A DNA stretch of 64,000 nucleotides from contig CAWHMT010000004.1 of the NCBI GenBank assembly GCA_963830455.1, forward strand, positions 39,431 to 103,430, given 5' to 3'. This document shows positions 55,470 through 64,000 of this stretch, piece by piece (position 1 is the stretch's first letter; every line of letters starts with the position of its first letter). The notes under the pieces were generated by a model that made no database searches, was not told where the DNA came from, and was given only the letters and a program-made list of their open reading frames with translations. The position numbers were made by a program, and so were the translations under genes. Origin of the DNA: an uncultured Gemmatimonadales bacterium (lineage in GTDB: Bacteria; Gemmatimonadota; Gemmatimonadetes; Gemmatimonadales; GWC2-71-9).

Positions 55470-57989
55470 GTGTTCGATTCGCTGCCCCGCCGCTCACGCC
55501 GCCTCGCGCTCACGGCGACGTTCGCCGGCGTGTTTCTCGCTGTCGCCGGGATCATCGCCTTCGTGGCGCTGCGGCCGCGCGCCGGCTACCAGCCCGGCCA
55601 GAAGGTCGAAGGCCTGACGTCGGACCTGTCGCGCGACCTGCCCGCGGACTACCCGCGCGTCACGTTCGTCGACGTCACGAGCCAGGCGGGGATCCAGTTC
55701 CAGCATTTCTGGGGGGAGCGGACCTCGCAGATCCCTGAGGACATGGGCTCCGGGGCGGCGTGGGGGGATTACGACAACGACGGCTGGCCCGACCTCTTCC
55801 TCGTCAATCTCGCGGGACCGATCACGTTGAGCCCCGATTCGCTGCGCCGCTCGCCGGCGCATTGCGCGCTCTACCATAACAACCATGACGGCACGTTCAC
55901 GGACGTCAGCGCCCAGGCGGGCGTGGACCTGCGCATCTGGGGGATGGGCGCGGAGTGGGGCGACTACGACAACGACGGCCACCTCGATCTCGTCGTCTCG
56001 GCCTACGGCGAGAACGTCCTCTTCCGTAACAACGGCGATGGGACGTTCAGCAATCGCACGCGGGAATCGGGCATCGGCGGCAAGCGTGGATTCTGGTCCG
56101 GCGTCGCCTGGGCTGACTACGACCGCGACGGCTTTCTCGACCTGTACGTCGCCGGGTACGTGCGGTACGCCCGTCCCTCGGAGAGCTTCGCCGCCTCACA
56201 CTACGACGTCGAGAATCCCGTCAGTATCAACCCCAACGCCTTTCCGCCCGAGCGCAATCTGCTGTACCACAACAACCGCAACGGGACGTTCACGGAGGTT
56301 GCGGTGGCGGCGGGAGTGTTGGGGGATCGCGGCAAGAGCCTGGAAGCGGCGTGGGTGGACTTCGATGACGACGGCTGGCCCGACATCTACGTGGCGAACG
56401 ATGTCACCGACAACCAACTGTTCCGCAACCTGCACAACGGCAGGTTCGCCGACGTCAGTCACGAGGCGCGCGTGGCCGACTACCGCAGCGCCATGGGCCT
56501 CGCCATCGGCGACTGGGACGGCGATCAGGACCTCGACATTTTCATCACGCACTGGATCGCGCAGGAGAACGCGCTCTACAATCACGTCAGCAACAAGCCG
56601 CTCGAATTCGAGGACGTCGCCGATCGCTTTGGAGTCGGTCAGATCGCGCTCGACTTCGTCGGCTGGGGGACGTTCTTCTTCGATTACGACAACGACGGCA
56701 AGCTCGACCTGTTCGTCTCCAACGGCCACACCTTTCAGCGCCGCGACGCCCCGCAGCTCCTGGCGCCCGAGACGCCGCAGCTCTTCTGGAACCGCGGGCC
56801 CGAGGACGGCTTCTACAACGTCTCGGCCGCGAGCGGGCCGTACTTCCGCGTGCCCCACGTCGGCCGCGGGGCGGCGTTCGCCGACTACGACAACGACGGC
56901 GATCTCGACGTGGTCGTCGTAAACCACAGCGGCGCCGCCGCGCTGCTGCGCAACGAGGGCGGCAACCGCAACCACTGGCTCAACGTCAGGCTCGAGGGGG
57001 GTGGGGGGGGCCGCCGCAGCAACCGCACCGCCGCGGGCGCAAAGCTGCGGGTGGTGGCGGGGACGCAGGTGTTCATCCGCGAGATCGGCGCGCAGGCCTC
57101 CTATCTCTCGCAGAACGACCTCACCGAGCACTTCGGCCTCGGCGCGCTCACGCAGGTCGACAGCATCGCGGTCGTCTGGCCGAGCGGCGCCCGCCAGGCA
57201 GTCACGAACGTCGCCGCCGGCCAGACCGTGCGGATCGTCGAAGGACGTGACGCCGTCGCGGTGACCGATACAGCGGTGAGCCGCCAGGCGGTGCGCGACT
57301 TCTGGTCGTTGTACCGCGCGGCCACGGCCGCGCGCGTCGAGGGCAGGAGCGTGGACGCGCGTGACGGCTACCGCGCGGCGCGTGAGCTGAATCCACGCCA
57401 CGAGGACGTGCTCTACTACCTCGGCAACATGGAGCTCGAGCTCGGCAATTTCGCTGACGCGGAGACCGCCTGGCGCCGCCTCGTGGAGGTCAACCCCTCG
57501 AGCGCGCGCGCGCACTCGCGGCTCGGCGACCTCTACGCGTGCCCCGACACGGGAGCACCGTGGGATCTCGGGCGCGCGAGGACCGAACTCGCGCGCGCCG
57601 CCGAGCTCAATCGTGAAGAAACGGGCCCGCTCCTTCGCCTCGGCGAGGTCGCGCTGCTCCGCGGCGACTGGAGCGGCGCGCTGCGCCAGTTCGACGCCGT
57701 GATCGTCACGCACCCCAAGAGCGTGGAGGCGCATTTCCTCAAGGGCTACGTCGCTTGGAAACGCGGCCAGCAGGCGCTCGCTGCCACCGAGCTGCGCCAA
57801 GCGGAGGCACTCGCGAACGCGCCGCAACCTGTACCGCAGGCGCCATCGGAAGGCGATACCAAGCAGGGTGCAAGCGGAGCCGCGCCGATGGTCACGCAAT
57901 CGACGCGGTGCCGGTTATTCGGCGATCAATTGGAGCCCTACGCGGACCTCGACCGCCGGATCAAGCAGGCCACCTCACGGCATCAGTGA
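55470..57989 (+). CDS. CRTAC1-like FG-GAP/ASPIC-UnbV protein with C-terminal TPR repeats, N-terminal membrane anchor
   Basis: 839 aa. The GTG start is 4 nt after the cytochrome stop. Anchor LALTATFAGVFLAVAGIIAFVAL. Repeats WGDYDNDGWPDLFL, WGDYDNDGHLDLVV, WADYDRDGFLDLYV. UnbV block WLNVRLEGGGGG...GAKLRVVAGTQVFIREIGAQASYLSQND. TPR region YYLGNMELELGNFADAETAWRRLVEVNP. Confidence 0.8.
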   Translation: MFDSLPRRSRRLALTATFAGVFLAVAGIIAFVALRPRAGYQPGQKVEGLTSDLSRDLPADYPRVTFVDVTSQAGIQFQHFWGERTSQIPEDMGSGAAWGDYDNDGWPDLFLVNLAGPITLSPDSLRRSPAHCALYHNNHDGTFTDVSAQAGVDLRIWGMGAEWGDYDNDGHLDLVVSAYGENVLFRNNGDGTFSNRTRESGIGGKRGFWSGVAWADYDRDGFLDLYVAGYVRYARPSESFAASHYDVENPVSINPNAFPPERNLLYHNNRNGTFTEVAVAAGVLGDRGKSLEAAWVDFDDDGWPDIYVANDVTDNQLFRNLHNGRFADVSHEARVADYRSAMGLAIGDWDGDQDLDIFITHWIAQENALYNHVSNKPLEFEDVADRFGVGQIALDFVGWGTFFFDYDNDGKLDLFVSNGHTFQRRDAPQLLAPETPQLFWNRGPEDGFYNVSAASGPYFRVPHVGRGAAFADYDNDGDLDVVVVNHSGAAALLRNEGGNRNHWLNVRLEGGGGGRRSNRTAAGAKLRVVAGTQVFIREIGAQASYLSQNDLTEHFGLGALTQVDSIAVVWPSGARQAVTNVAAGQTVRIVEGRDAVAVTDTAVSRQAVRDFWSLYRAATAARVEGRSVDARDGYRAARELNPRHEDVLYYLGNMELELGNFADAETAWRRLVEVNPSSARAHSRLGDLYACPDTGAPWDLGRARTELARAAELNREETGPLLRLGEVALLRGDWSGALRQFDAVIVTHPKSVEAHFLKGYVAWKRGQQALAATELRQAEALANAPQPVPQAPSEGDTKQGASGAAPMVTQSTRCRLFGDQLEPYADLDRRIKQATSRHQ

Positions 57990-60900
57990 TCGTTTGACGC
58001 ACCCTGCCTGATGATCCGGGTGTTGTACTCGCGCAGATAGCGCTGCCGCGCGGAGTCCGCCGGGTAGCCGTCGCTCGGGCCGTATGGGTACGACGTGATC
58101 GCGTGATACGGGAGCGGCTCGACCGTCGTGCCGTAGGCCGTGTTCAAGTCGGAATCCTTGATCCAGCCGTCGCTATATAAGAAGAAGGTGCGTTTCCAGC
58201 CGGGGGCCGGCTCCTTCAGGCCCGCGGCGTCGAACGCGACGGTCGCCTCGTCCCCCGGGACCATCACGATGTACTGGTCGTCGCTGTGCTCGAGCAGCGG
58301 CCGCACGCTTCCGAAGCGCGTCGCCGCGCCGGTGATGGGACGCCAGGGCGATTCGCGTGTCACGTCGCTGTAGTCGAACCAGTGGGGACCGTAACGCCCA
58401 CCGCGCCGGTACATCCGCGAGAAGCCGCGGTAGTGTAGATCCCCGGACAGCGGCGTGAGGGTCGTGACCCGCGTGACCGCCGCAGTTGATTCTGGACCGC
58501 CCCGACCGCCGCCGTTTGCGTCGTCCGCCACAAAAGCTTGATCCCAATAGATCTGCATAGACGTCCGCACGCGCACGTGGCGATCCTTCGTCGGGAAAAT
58601 TCCGGCGAGATCGATCACCATCGTCTTGTCCTTCCCCGCCGGGAAGCCAATCATCCCGCGGGGAATCCACCGGTCGCGGGCGTCGCGCACTTCGATCACC
58701 GGCATCTCGGATTTCAGCACCTGCTGTTGCGAGAGGGCGACGTTGATGCTCGCATCGCTCGGGAAGATCCAACCGCGTAGCAACAAATGCGTCCCCGGCT
58801 CGCCAGCGTGCTCGTCCAGCTCGAGCACCAGCGCGTGCGGCTCGGTCAGGCCTTGATACCGGCGGGGCGTCAAGTTCGAGACGTAGCGGAAATCGTGATC
58901 GGTGAGATCGGCGAGCACGTCCGTGCCGCGTTCATCCACGGCGGATAGCGGTGCCCGGCGGCGGACAACCTGAAACAGCCTCAGGTCGGTTCCTCGCATG
59001 GGGGGGAAACGCTCGTCGACGAATACCGCCACGGAATCCGGATGGTCCACCGCGAGTAGTCGCAGCTGGTCGAGATACGCGGTCTCCCACAGCTCTTCGG
59101 TCACCTGAATGACGTAGCGCCCGTTCCGCGGCCTGAGCGCTTCCCCGGGGATTCGTACGTATTCGAGCGAAGCGCCTGCCGGTGCATACGACATCGCCCG
59201 AGTCCCTAGCCCCGAATCCCTAGCCCCCATGATTCCCACCGGCATCCCGAGCGCGCTTTGCCACATGATGTCGGTGACGAATCGGAACTGTTCGCCATCC
59301 CATGTATAGAGGAAAGCGCACGAGCCCTTGAGCTGCTGCAGCTCGAGCACGTCGGCGTCGGTTCCGGGGAAGTAGACCGTCTGCGGCACGCCGTTGGTCC
59401 ATTGCACGCGCAGCACGTCGGCTTTGAGGTGAGTGCCAAGCCCGATCTGGGTGAGGCGGTCGGTCACGACGCGTGTTTGATAGAGCTCGCCGGCCCGAAC
59501 CTCGAGCCTGGCGCCGATGCCGAAGGTGTTGTTCTTGCTGCTGCCCGTGCGCAGCGCGGTGAGCTGGATGCGCATGCCGAGGTGCGCGTTGCCGCCGTCG
59601 TTGCGGAGGAAATGCGCACCGCTTCGGGTGCCCAGCAACAGGTCCTGGTCGCCGTCGCCGTCCAGGTCGCTCGCGAGGACCGGCCCAATGCCGGCACGTC
59701 TGATGTCCGGCGGCAGCAGTGCCGTGCGATCCTCGAACCGGCCGCCGCGCCTATTATGGAAGAGAGACGCACCACTCGCGCCCGCCGTGAACAGATCCAG
59801 CCACCCGTCGTTGTCGTAGTCGAAAAAGCGGGCTTCCCCGCCGGAGCGCGCCGTGACGCCCGCGCGCGTGTCTCTCGTGAATGTCCCCGTGCCGCTATTG
59901 TGCCACAGGCCCGTACCGGCGAGGTAGAAATCGAGCGCGCCGTCATTATCGTAATCGCCCACCGCCACGGGACCGGGTCCGTGGATCATGTCCGCGGCTC
60001 GGACGAACCCTTGCACCGCATCATTGAGGAACAGGCCCTGCGTTCCGGTCGCGCTCGCGATCACGACGTCCACGCGCCCGTCGTCGTTGACGTCCGCTAC
60101 GCCAGCGTCGCTGCCGCCCTGCAGGATGCCGGCGGCATTGGGAAGTAGCGCGAAGGTGCCGTCCGCGTTGTTGCGGTACACCACGCGCGATTCGTTCCCG
60201 ACGAGGAGCAGATCCAGGTCGCCATCGTGGTCCAAATCGACGAACAGGATGCGAGTCGCGCTCCCGACCTCTCGAACACCCGCGCGCTCGGTCACATCCT
60301 CGAACTGCTGCCCTTCACGATTGCGCACGAGATAGCCGAGGTGGTCGGTGCCGATGGCGAACAGATCCAGCCAGCCGTCATTGTCGTAGTCGACGAACGT
60401 CGCGACGAGCGCTCCGCGCGGCAGCGGGACCGGCATGCGCGCCGTGACATCCGTGAGGAACCCCTGCTGCATCGCATACAGCTGCACCTGTTGCCCCACG
60501 GCGAGCAGCAGATTGTCGATGCCGTCACCGTCGTAGTCGCCCAGCGCGAGTGCGGTTGGCGCTTCCGACCGCTCCGGCAGTCCGCTCTCGTTGGTCACGT
60601 CGGTGAATTGCACTGGCGCGGCGGCCGGTGGCGGGCGAATGCCGCGCATCGTGATCAGCGTCTGCGGGCTGAACGAGAACGTCTGATTGCCGGCGATCGG
60701 CCCTTCGGTCCAGTTGACCAGCGCGAGCGACGCCTGGTAGGGCGCGGTGACCTCGATGGCACGGCGGAAGCGGTCGAAGGCCATGCGCGCTTCGGGGTGG
60801 CGGCTCGCGCGCAGTGCCCGGATCGCGGCGTCGAGATGCGGCTGAGCGTCGCGTGGAGCCTCCGGACGCAGCCGGCGGATGTCCTCCAGGTGGCGCAGCG

Positions 60901-61447
60901 TGCTGTCGCTCTCCCCGAGGCGCAGCAGCACGTCGGCCAGCTCGATGCGCACGGCGAGATTCGACGGCACTTTCGCCAGCAGCTGCCGCAGGCGCCCGGC
61001 GTAGGCGGTATCACCACCCGTCTGGCGGTCGAGCTGCGCGAGTGTGTACAGCACCCGCGCATCGGGCTCGATATCGGCGAGCACGCGCCGTGCCTCCTCG
61101 GGCCGCCCGGTCAGCGCGTACAGCCGGGCCAGGATGAGCGCGATCTCCGGACTGCGCGGGTCGAGCCGGCGAGCGCGCTCGAGCTGCTCCTCCGCGTCGG
61201 CGAAGCGGGTGGGGCCGCTGCGCAGATAGGTGAGGCCGAGGTTGGCGTACCCCGACGCATCCTTGGGCGCGAGCGCGATGACCTGCTTGAACTCCTGCTC
61301 CGCTTCGCTCAAACGGCCGCGCTCCAGCTCGGCGAGCCCGACGGTGCGCGCCGTCAACAGCGCGCCCTGATCGATCGGCTTCTCCTGACAGGCAACGATT
61401 GCGAGGAGCAGGAACGCGCCCGTATAATGCCTGCGCTTGCGTAGCAC
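57983..61447 (-). CDS. large lipoprotein: N-terminal TPR region + FG-GAP repeats + ASPIC/UnbV + ~480-aa uncharacterised C-terminal region
   Basis: Start chosen at GTG 61447 (VLRKRRHYTGAFLLLAIVACQEKP, lipobox; purine-rich GAGGAGAAAGAGAAGA upstream). TPR: GYANLGLTYLRSG..., FG-GAP: LGDYDGDGIDNLLL, FVDYDNDGWLDLF, FVDLDHDGDLDLLL. UnbV: HLGMRIQLTAL...GIGARLEVRAGELYQTRVV. The first about 190 codons of track ORF 57983-62023 are rejected. Confidence 0.8.
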   Translation of the reverse strand: MLRKRRHYTGAFLLLAIVACQEKPIDQGALLTARTVGLAELERGRLSEAEQEFKQVIALAPKDASGYANLGLTYLRSGPTRFADAEEQLERARRLDPRSPEIALILARLYALTGRPEEARRVLADIEPDARVLYTLAQLDRQTGGDTAYAGRLRQLLAKVPSNLAVRIELADVLLRLGESDSTLRHLEDIRRLRPEAPRDAQPHLDAAIRALRASRHPEARMAFDRFRRAIEVTAPYQASLALVNWTEGPIAGNQTFSFSPQTLITMRGIRPPPAAAPVQFTDVTNESGLPERSEAPTALALGDYDGDGIDNLLLAVGQQVQLYAMQQGFLTDVTARMPVPLPRGALVATFVDYDNDGWLDLFAIGTDHLGYLVRNREGQQFEDVTERAGVREVGSATRILFVDLDHDGDLDLLLVGNESRVVYRNNADGTFALLPNAAGILQGGSDAGVADVNDDGRVDVVIASATGTQGLFLNDAVQGFVRAADMIHGPGPVAVGDYDNDGALDFYLAGTGLWHNSGTGTFTRDTRAGVTARSGGEARFFDYDNDGWLDLFTAGASGASLFHNRRGGRFEDRTALLPPDIRRAGIGPVLASDLDGDGDQDLLLGTRSGAHFLRNDGGNAHLGMRIQLTALRTGSSKNNTFGIGARLEVRAGELYQTRVVTDRLTQIGLGTHLKADVLRVQWTNGVPQTVYFPGTDADVLELQQLKGSCAFLYTWDGEQFRFVTDIMWQSALGMPVGIMGARDSGLGTRAMSYAPAGASLEYVRIPGEALRPRNGRYVIQVTEELWETAYLDQLRLLAVDHPDSVAVFVDERFPPMRGTDLRLFQVVRRRAPLSAVDERGTDVLADLTDHDFRYVSNLTPRRYQGLTEPHALVLELDEHAGEPGTHLLLRGWIFPSDASINVALSQQQVLKSEMPVIEVRDARDRWIPRGMIGFPAGKDKTMVIDLAGIFPTKDRHVRVRTSMQIYWDQAFVADDANGGGRGGPESTAAVTRVTTLTPLSGDLHYRGFSRMYRRGGRYGPHWFDYSDVTRESPWRPITGAATRFGSVRPLLEHSDDQYIVMVPGDEATVAFDAAGLKEPAPGWKRTFFLYSDGWIKDSDLNTAYGTTVEPLPYHAITSYPYGPSDGYPADSARQRYLREYNTRIIRQGASNDH

Positions 61448-64000
61448 TCTTCTCTTTCTCCTCTTCGTTCTTGCGAGCTGCCGTGGCGGCGCGCCGCCGC
61501 CGCTGTTCGAGCGCGTCGCGCCGGAAGCGAGCGGCGTGCACTTCGCGAACACGCTGCCCCGGGATTCCGGGTCGGGGGGGCGGCGGCGGCGGTGAACATC
61601 GTGAACTACCTGTACTACTACAACGGCGGCGGCGTCGCGGCGGGCGACGTGGATGGTGACGGTCTGGTCGATCTGTATTTCACGTCGAACCTGGGCAGGA
61701 ACCGCCTCTACCGCAACCTCGGTCAGTTTCGATTTGAAGATGTCACGGATCGCGCCGGCGTCGCGGACTCCGGCGGCTGGAAAAGCGGCGTGACCATGGC
61801 CGACGTGAACGGCGACGGGCGTCTCGACATCTACGTGTCGGGCGTGGACGATGAGATGCGCGGCCGCAACGTGCTCTACATCAACAACGGCGACGGCACG
61901 TTCAGCGATCGGACAGACGAGTTCGGCCTGGGCTTCGCCGGATACGGCACCCAGGCCGCGTTCTTCGATTACGACGGCGACGGCGATCTGGACATGTACC
62001 TGCTGAACAGCTCGACGCTGCAACGCGTCGCGCGTGCGCAGAGCACAAGCCGCACCGCGCGCGACGCCGCGGCCGGAGATCGGTTGTACCGCAATGACGA
62101 CGGACGCTTCGTCGACGTGAGCGAGCAGGCCGGCATCTATGGTGGGGTCGAGGGATTTGGGCTAGGGATTGGGGTCAGCGATCTGAATGTCGATGGCTGC
62201 CCAGACATCTACGTCGCGAATGACTTTCCCGAGAATGACTTCCTGTATCTGAACAACTGCGACGGCACGTTCCACGAAGCGATTACCGAAACCACCGGCC
62301 ACACCAGCCGCTTCTCGATGGGCGTAGACGTTGCCGACTTCAACAACGACGGTCGTCCCGACATCGCCGTCGTGGACATGCTCCCCGACTCGGAGCCGAT
62401 CCTCAAGACCGCGGCGAGCGCGGAGAGCTACACGCTGTTCAACCTGAAGCTCGCGGCCGGCTATCACCCGCAGTACGCGCGCAACACGCTGCAACTGAAC
62501 CGCGGCGTGGCCCGCGGGAAGCTGCGCTTCAGCGAGATCGGCCAGCTTGCCGGTATCGAGGCCACCGATTGGAGCTGGGCGCCGGTGTTCGCCGACTTCG
62601 ATAACGATGGCTTCAAGGACCTGTTTGTCACCAACGGGATCTATCGGCGTCCCAACGATCTCGACTACATCGCGTCCCTCGACAGCGGCGGTCCGCCGAT
62701 GCTAGGCAGGATGCCGAGTGTACCGTTGGCCAAGTACGCGTTCCGCAACAATGGTGATCTCACATTTGGGAATAGGGCTGGGGACTGGGGACTAGGAGAT
62801 GCAGGATTCTCGAACGGCGCCGCGTACGCTGATCTCGATAACGATGGCAACCTCGATCTCGTGGTGAACAACCTGAATGCCTCGGCGTCCATCTACCGTA
62901 ACCTCGGTGCAAGCGGGCACCACCTGCGCATTGTCTTGCGCGGCAGCGGGGCGAACACGGCCGGCATCGGCGCGAAAGTCACGGTCACAACGCAAGGCCG
63001 TACGCAGTTGCTCGAGCAGAGCCCAACCCGCGGCTTCCAATCGTCAGTAGATCCGGTGCTGCACGTTGGGCTGGGGACGTCCACAACGGTCGATTCGCTC
63101 ACGGTGACGTGGCCCGATCGCCGCCAGCAGACGCTCACCAGTTCTTGGTGTCGACACAACGATCACGTTGTCGCAGGCCGACGCGACCGTCCAACCGTCC
63201 AACCGTCTAACCGTCCAACCCCTGTTTTCCGATATCACCGCACAGTTCGATATCACCTATAGACACCGCGAGAACACGTTCTTCGACTTTGGTCGCGAGC
63301 CGCTGATGCCGCATTTGCTCTCGACCGAAGGGCCGGCGCTAGCCGTTGCGGACGCCAATGGCGACGGGCTCGACGACATCTACGTGGGCGGCGCGAAGTG
63401 GCAGGCCGGTGAGTTGTGGCTGCAGCGTGCCGACGGCCGCTTCCGCGCCAGCGCGCAACCCGCCTTCGCCGCCGACAGCCTGCATGAAGACATCGATGCG
63501 GCGTTCGTCGATGTCGACGGGGACGGCGACCGCGATCTCTACGTCGTGAGCGGCGGGAACGAATTCTCGGAGGGCGAGCCGCTCCGCGACCGGCTGTATC
63601 TGAATGACCGGGGCACGTTCCGTCGCGGCGAGCTCCCCGACTTCGCTCACAACGGCTCGTGTGTGGTCCCGGGCGATTTCAATCGCGACGGGCACGTCGA
63701 TCTGTTCGTCGGGAGCCGCGTGGTTACGCGAACGTACGGCGCGACGCCGCGCAGCTATCTGCTGCAGGGCGATGGGACGGGACACTTTCGCGACGTCACA
63801 CCCGACTTGATCGCCAATGCCGGGATGGTGAGCGGCGCCGCCTGGGTGGACGGCAATCTGATCGTCGTAGGCGAATGGATGCCGGTGAAGATCTTCCACC
63901 AGCAAAACGGGGGCTGGGTAGCGGACTCATTGCCAGCCACCACGGGATGGTGGAACAGCATCCAGACCGCCGACTTGAACCGTGACGGCCGGCCTGACCT
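61437..64000 (+). pseudogene. CRTAC1-like FG-GAP/ASPIC-UnbV lipoprotein (paralog of 47419-50760); two frameshifts, 3' end beyond window
   Basis: TTG 61437: MRSTLLFLLFVLASC (lipobox) RGGAPPPLFERVAPEASGVHFANTLP. Shift within 61557-61592 (C4/G7 runs) gives ...VNIVNYLYYYNGGGVAAGDVDGDGLVDLYF...LRIVLRGSGANTAGIGAKVTVTTQGRTQLLEQSPTRGFQSSVD...VTWPDRRQQTLT. Shift near 63131-63140 gives PVLGVDTTITLSQADATVQPSNRLTVQPLFSDITAQFDITYRHRENTFFDFGREPLMPHLLSTEGPALAVADANGDGLDDIYVGG..., open to 64000 (own translation; not in the ORF track). Confidence 0.7.
63187..63218 (+). repeat. tandem 8-nt repeat, 4 copies (CCGTCCAA CCGTCCAA CCGTCTAA CCGTCCAA) inside the CRTAC1-like gene
   Basis: Read directly. The unit length is not a multiple of 3. 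In the productive frame it encodes TVQPSNRLTVQP. In one alternative frame the variant third unit creates a TAA stop. Confidence 0.85.

Noticed and set aside
61448-62023. N-terminal ~190-codon extension of track ORF 57983-62023
   Set aside because: The extension is antisense to the conserved N-terminal FG-GAP repeats of the plus-strand gene and has no signal or family features. GTG 61447 gives a canonical lipoprotein signal peptide.

Overview
High-GC bacterial chromosomal segment with no plasmid or phage hallmarks. The gene content (a SusC/SusD pair, several CRTAC1-like FG-GAP/ASPIC-UnbV proteins, a CBM9/DUF5916 outer-membrane protein, a YncE-propeller/phosphoesterase fusion) suggests a Gemmatimonadota-like or other FCB-group soil bacterium; this is inference only. 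I can support about 55 protein-coding genes, two adjacent tRNA genes (Gln-CUG and Ala-CGC, neither encoding CCA), a fluoride riboswitch in front of crcB-DUF190, and several repeat families. Layout: 0-17 kb holds stress and glycosidase genes (ArsR-AHSA1, GH29 fucosidase, Dps, two aldo/keto reductases, tandem YciI genes plus an ECF sigma, GH78 rhamnosidase, asparaginase). 17-31 kb holds the tRNAs, rnz, an mlaEFD-like operon, a mutY-like glycosylase, a multicopper-oxidase operon, a CBS gene, patatin, a thioesterase, nadE, the fluoride module and an APC permease. 31-42.5 kb is a trehalose/alpha-glucan island (membrane-anchored otsA, otsB, GH15, TupA-like binding protein, GH37 trehalase, SSS symporter, GDE-like six-hairpin protein). 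42.5-53.3 kb is a SusC/SusD-type locus with a 1113-aa FG-GAP/UnbV lipoprotein, a plug-only lipoprotein and GH97. 53.3-64 kb holds a membrane cytochrome-b-like/penta-haem-c fusion tightly coupled to a CRTAC1-TPR protein, plus two more FG-GAP/UnbV lipoproteins. The most striking non-genic signals are three. (i) A ~65-nt arm occurs 8 times, mostly as inverted pairs directly behind stop codons, and once encloses a whole CBS ORF between the arms. (ii) CTAGGG-type G-tract (G-quadruplex-like) motifs occur in both intergenic and coding DNA. (iii) About 16 frame-disrupting lesions are concentrated in 9 genes (trehalose genes, GH97, rnz, ECF sigma, one CRTAC1 paralog), while roughly 50 kb of other coding sequence, including 8-10-nt homopolymers, stays in frame. 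I saw no transposase, integrase, CRISPR array, rRNA or recognisable defence system. All family calls come from reading the translations by eye; no database search was possible.
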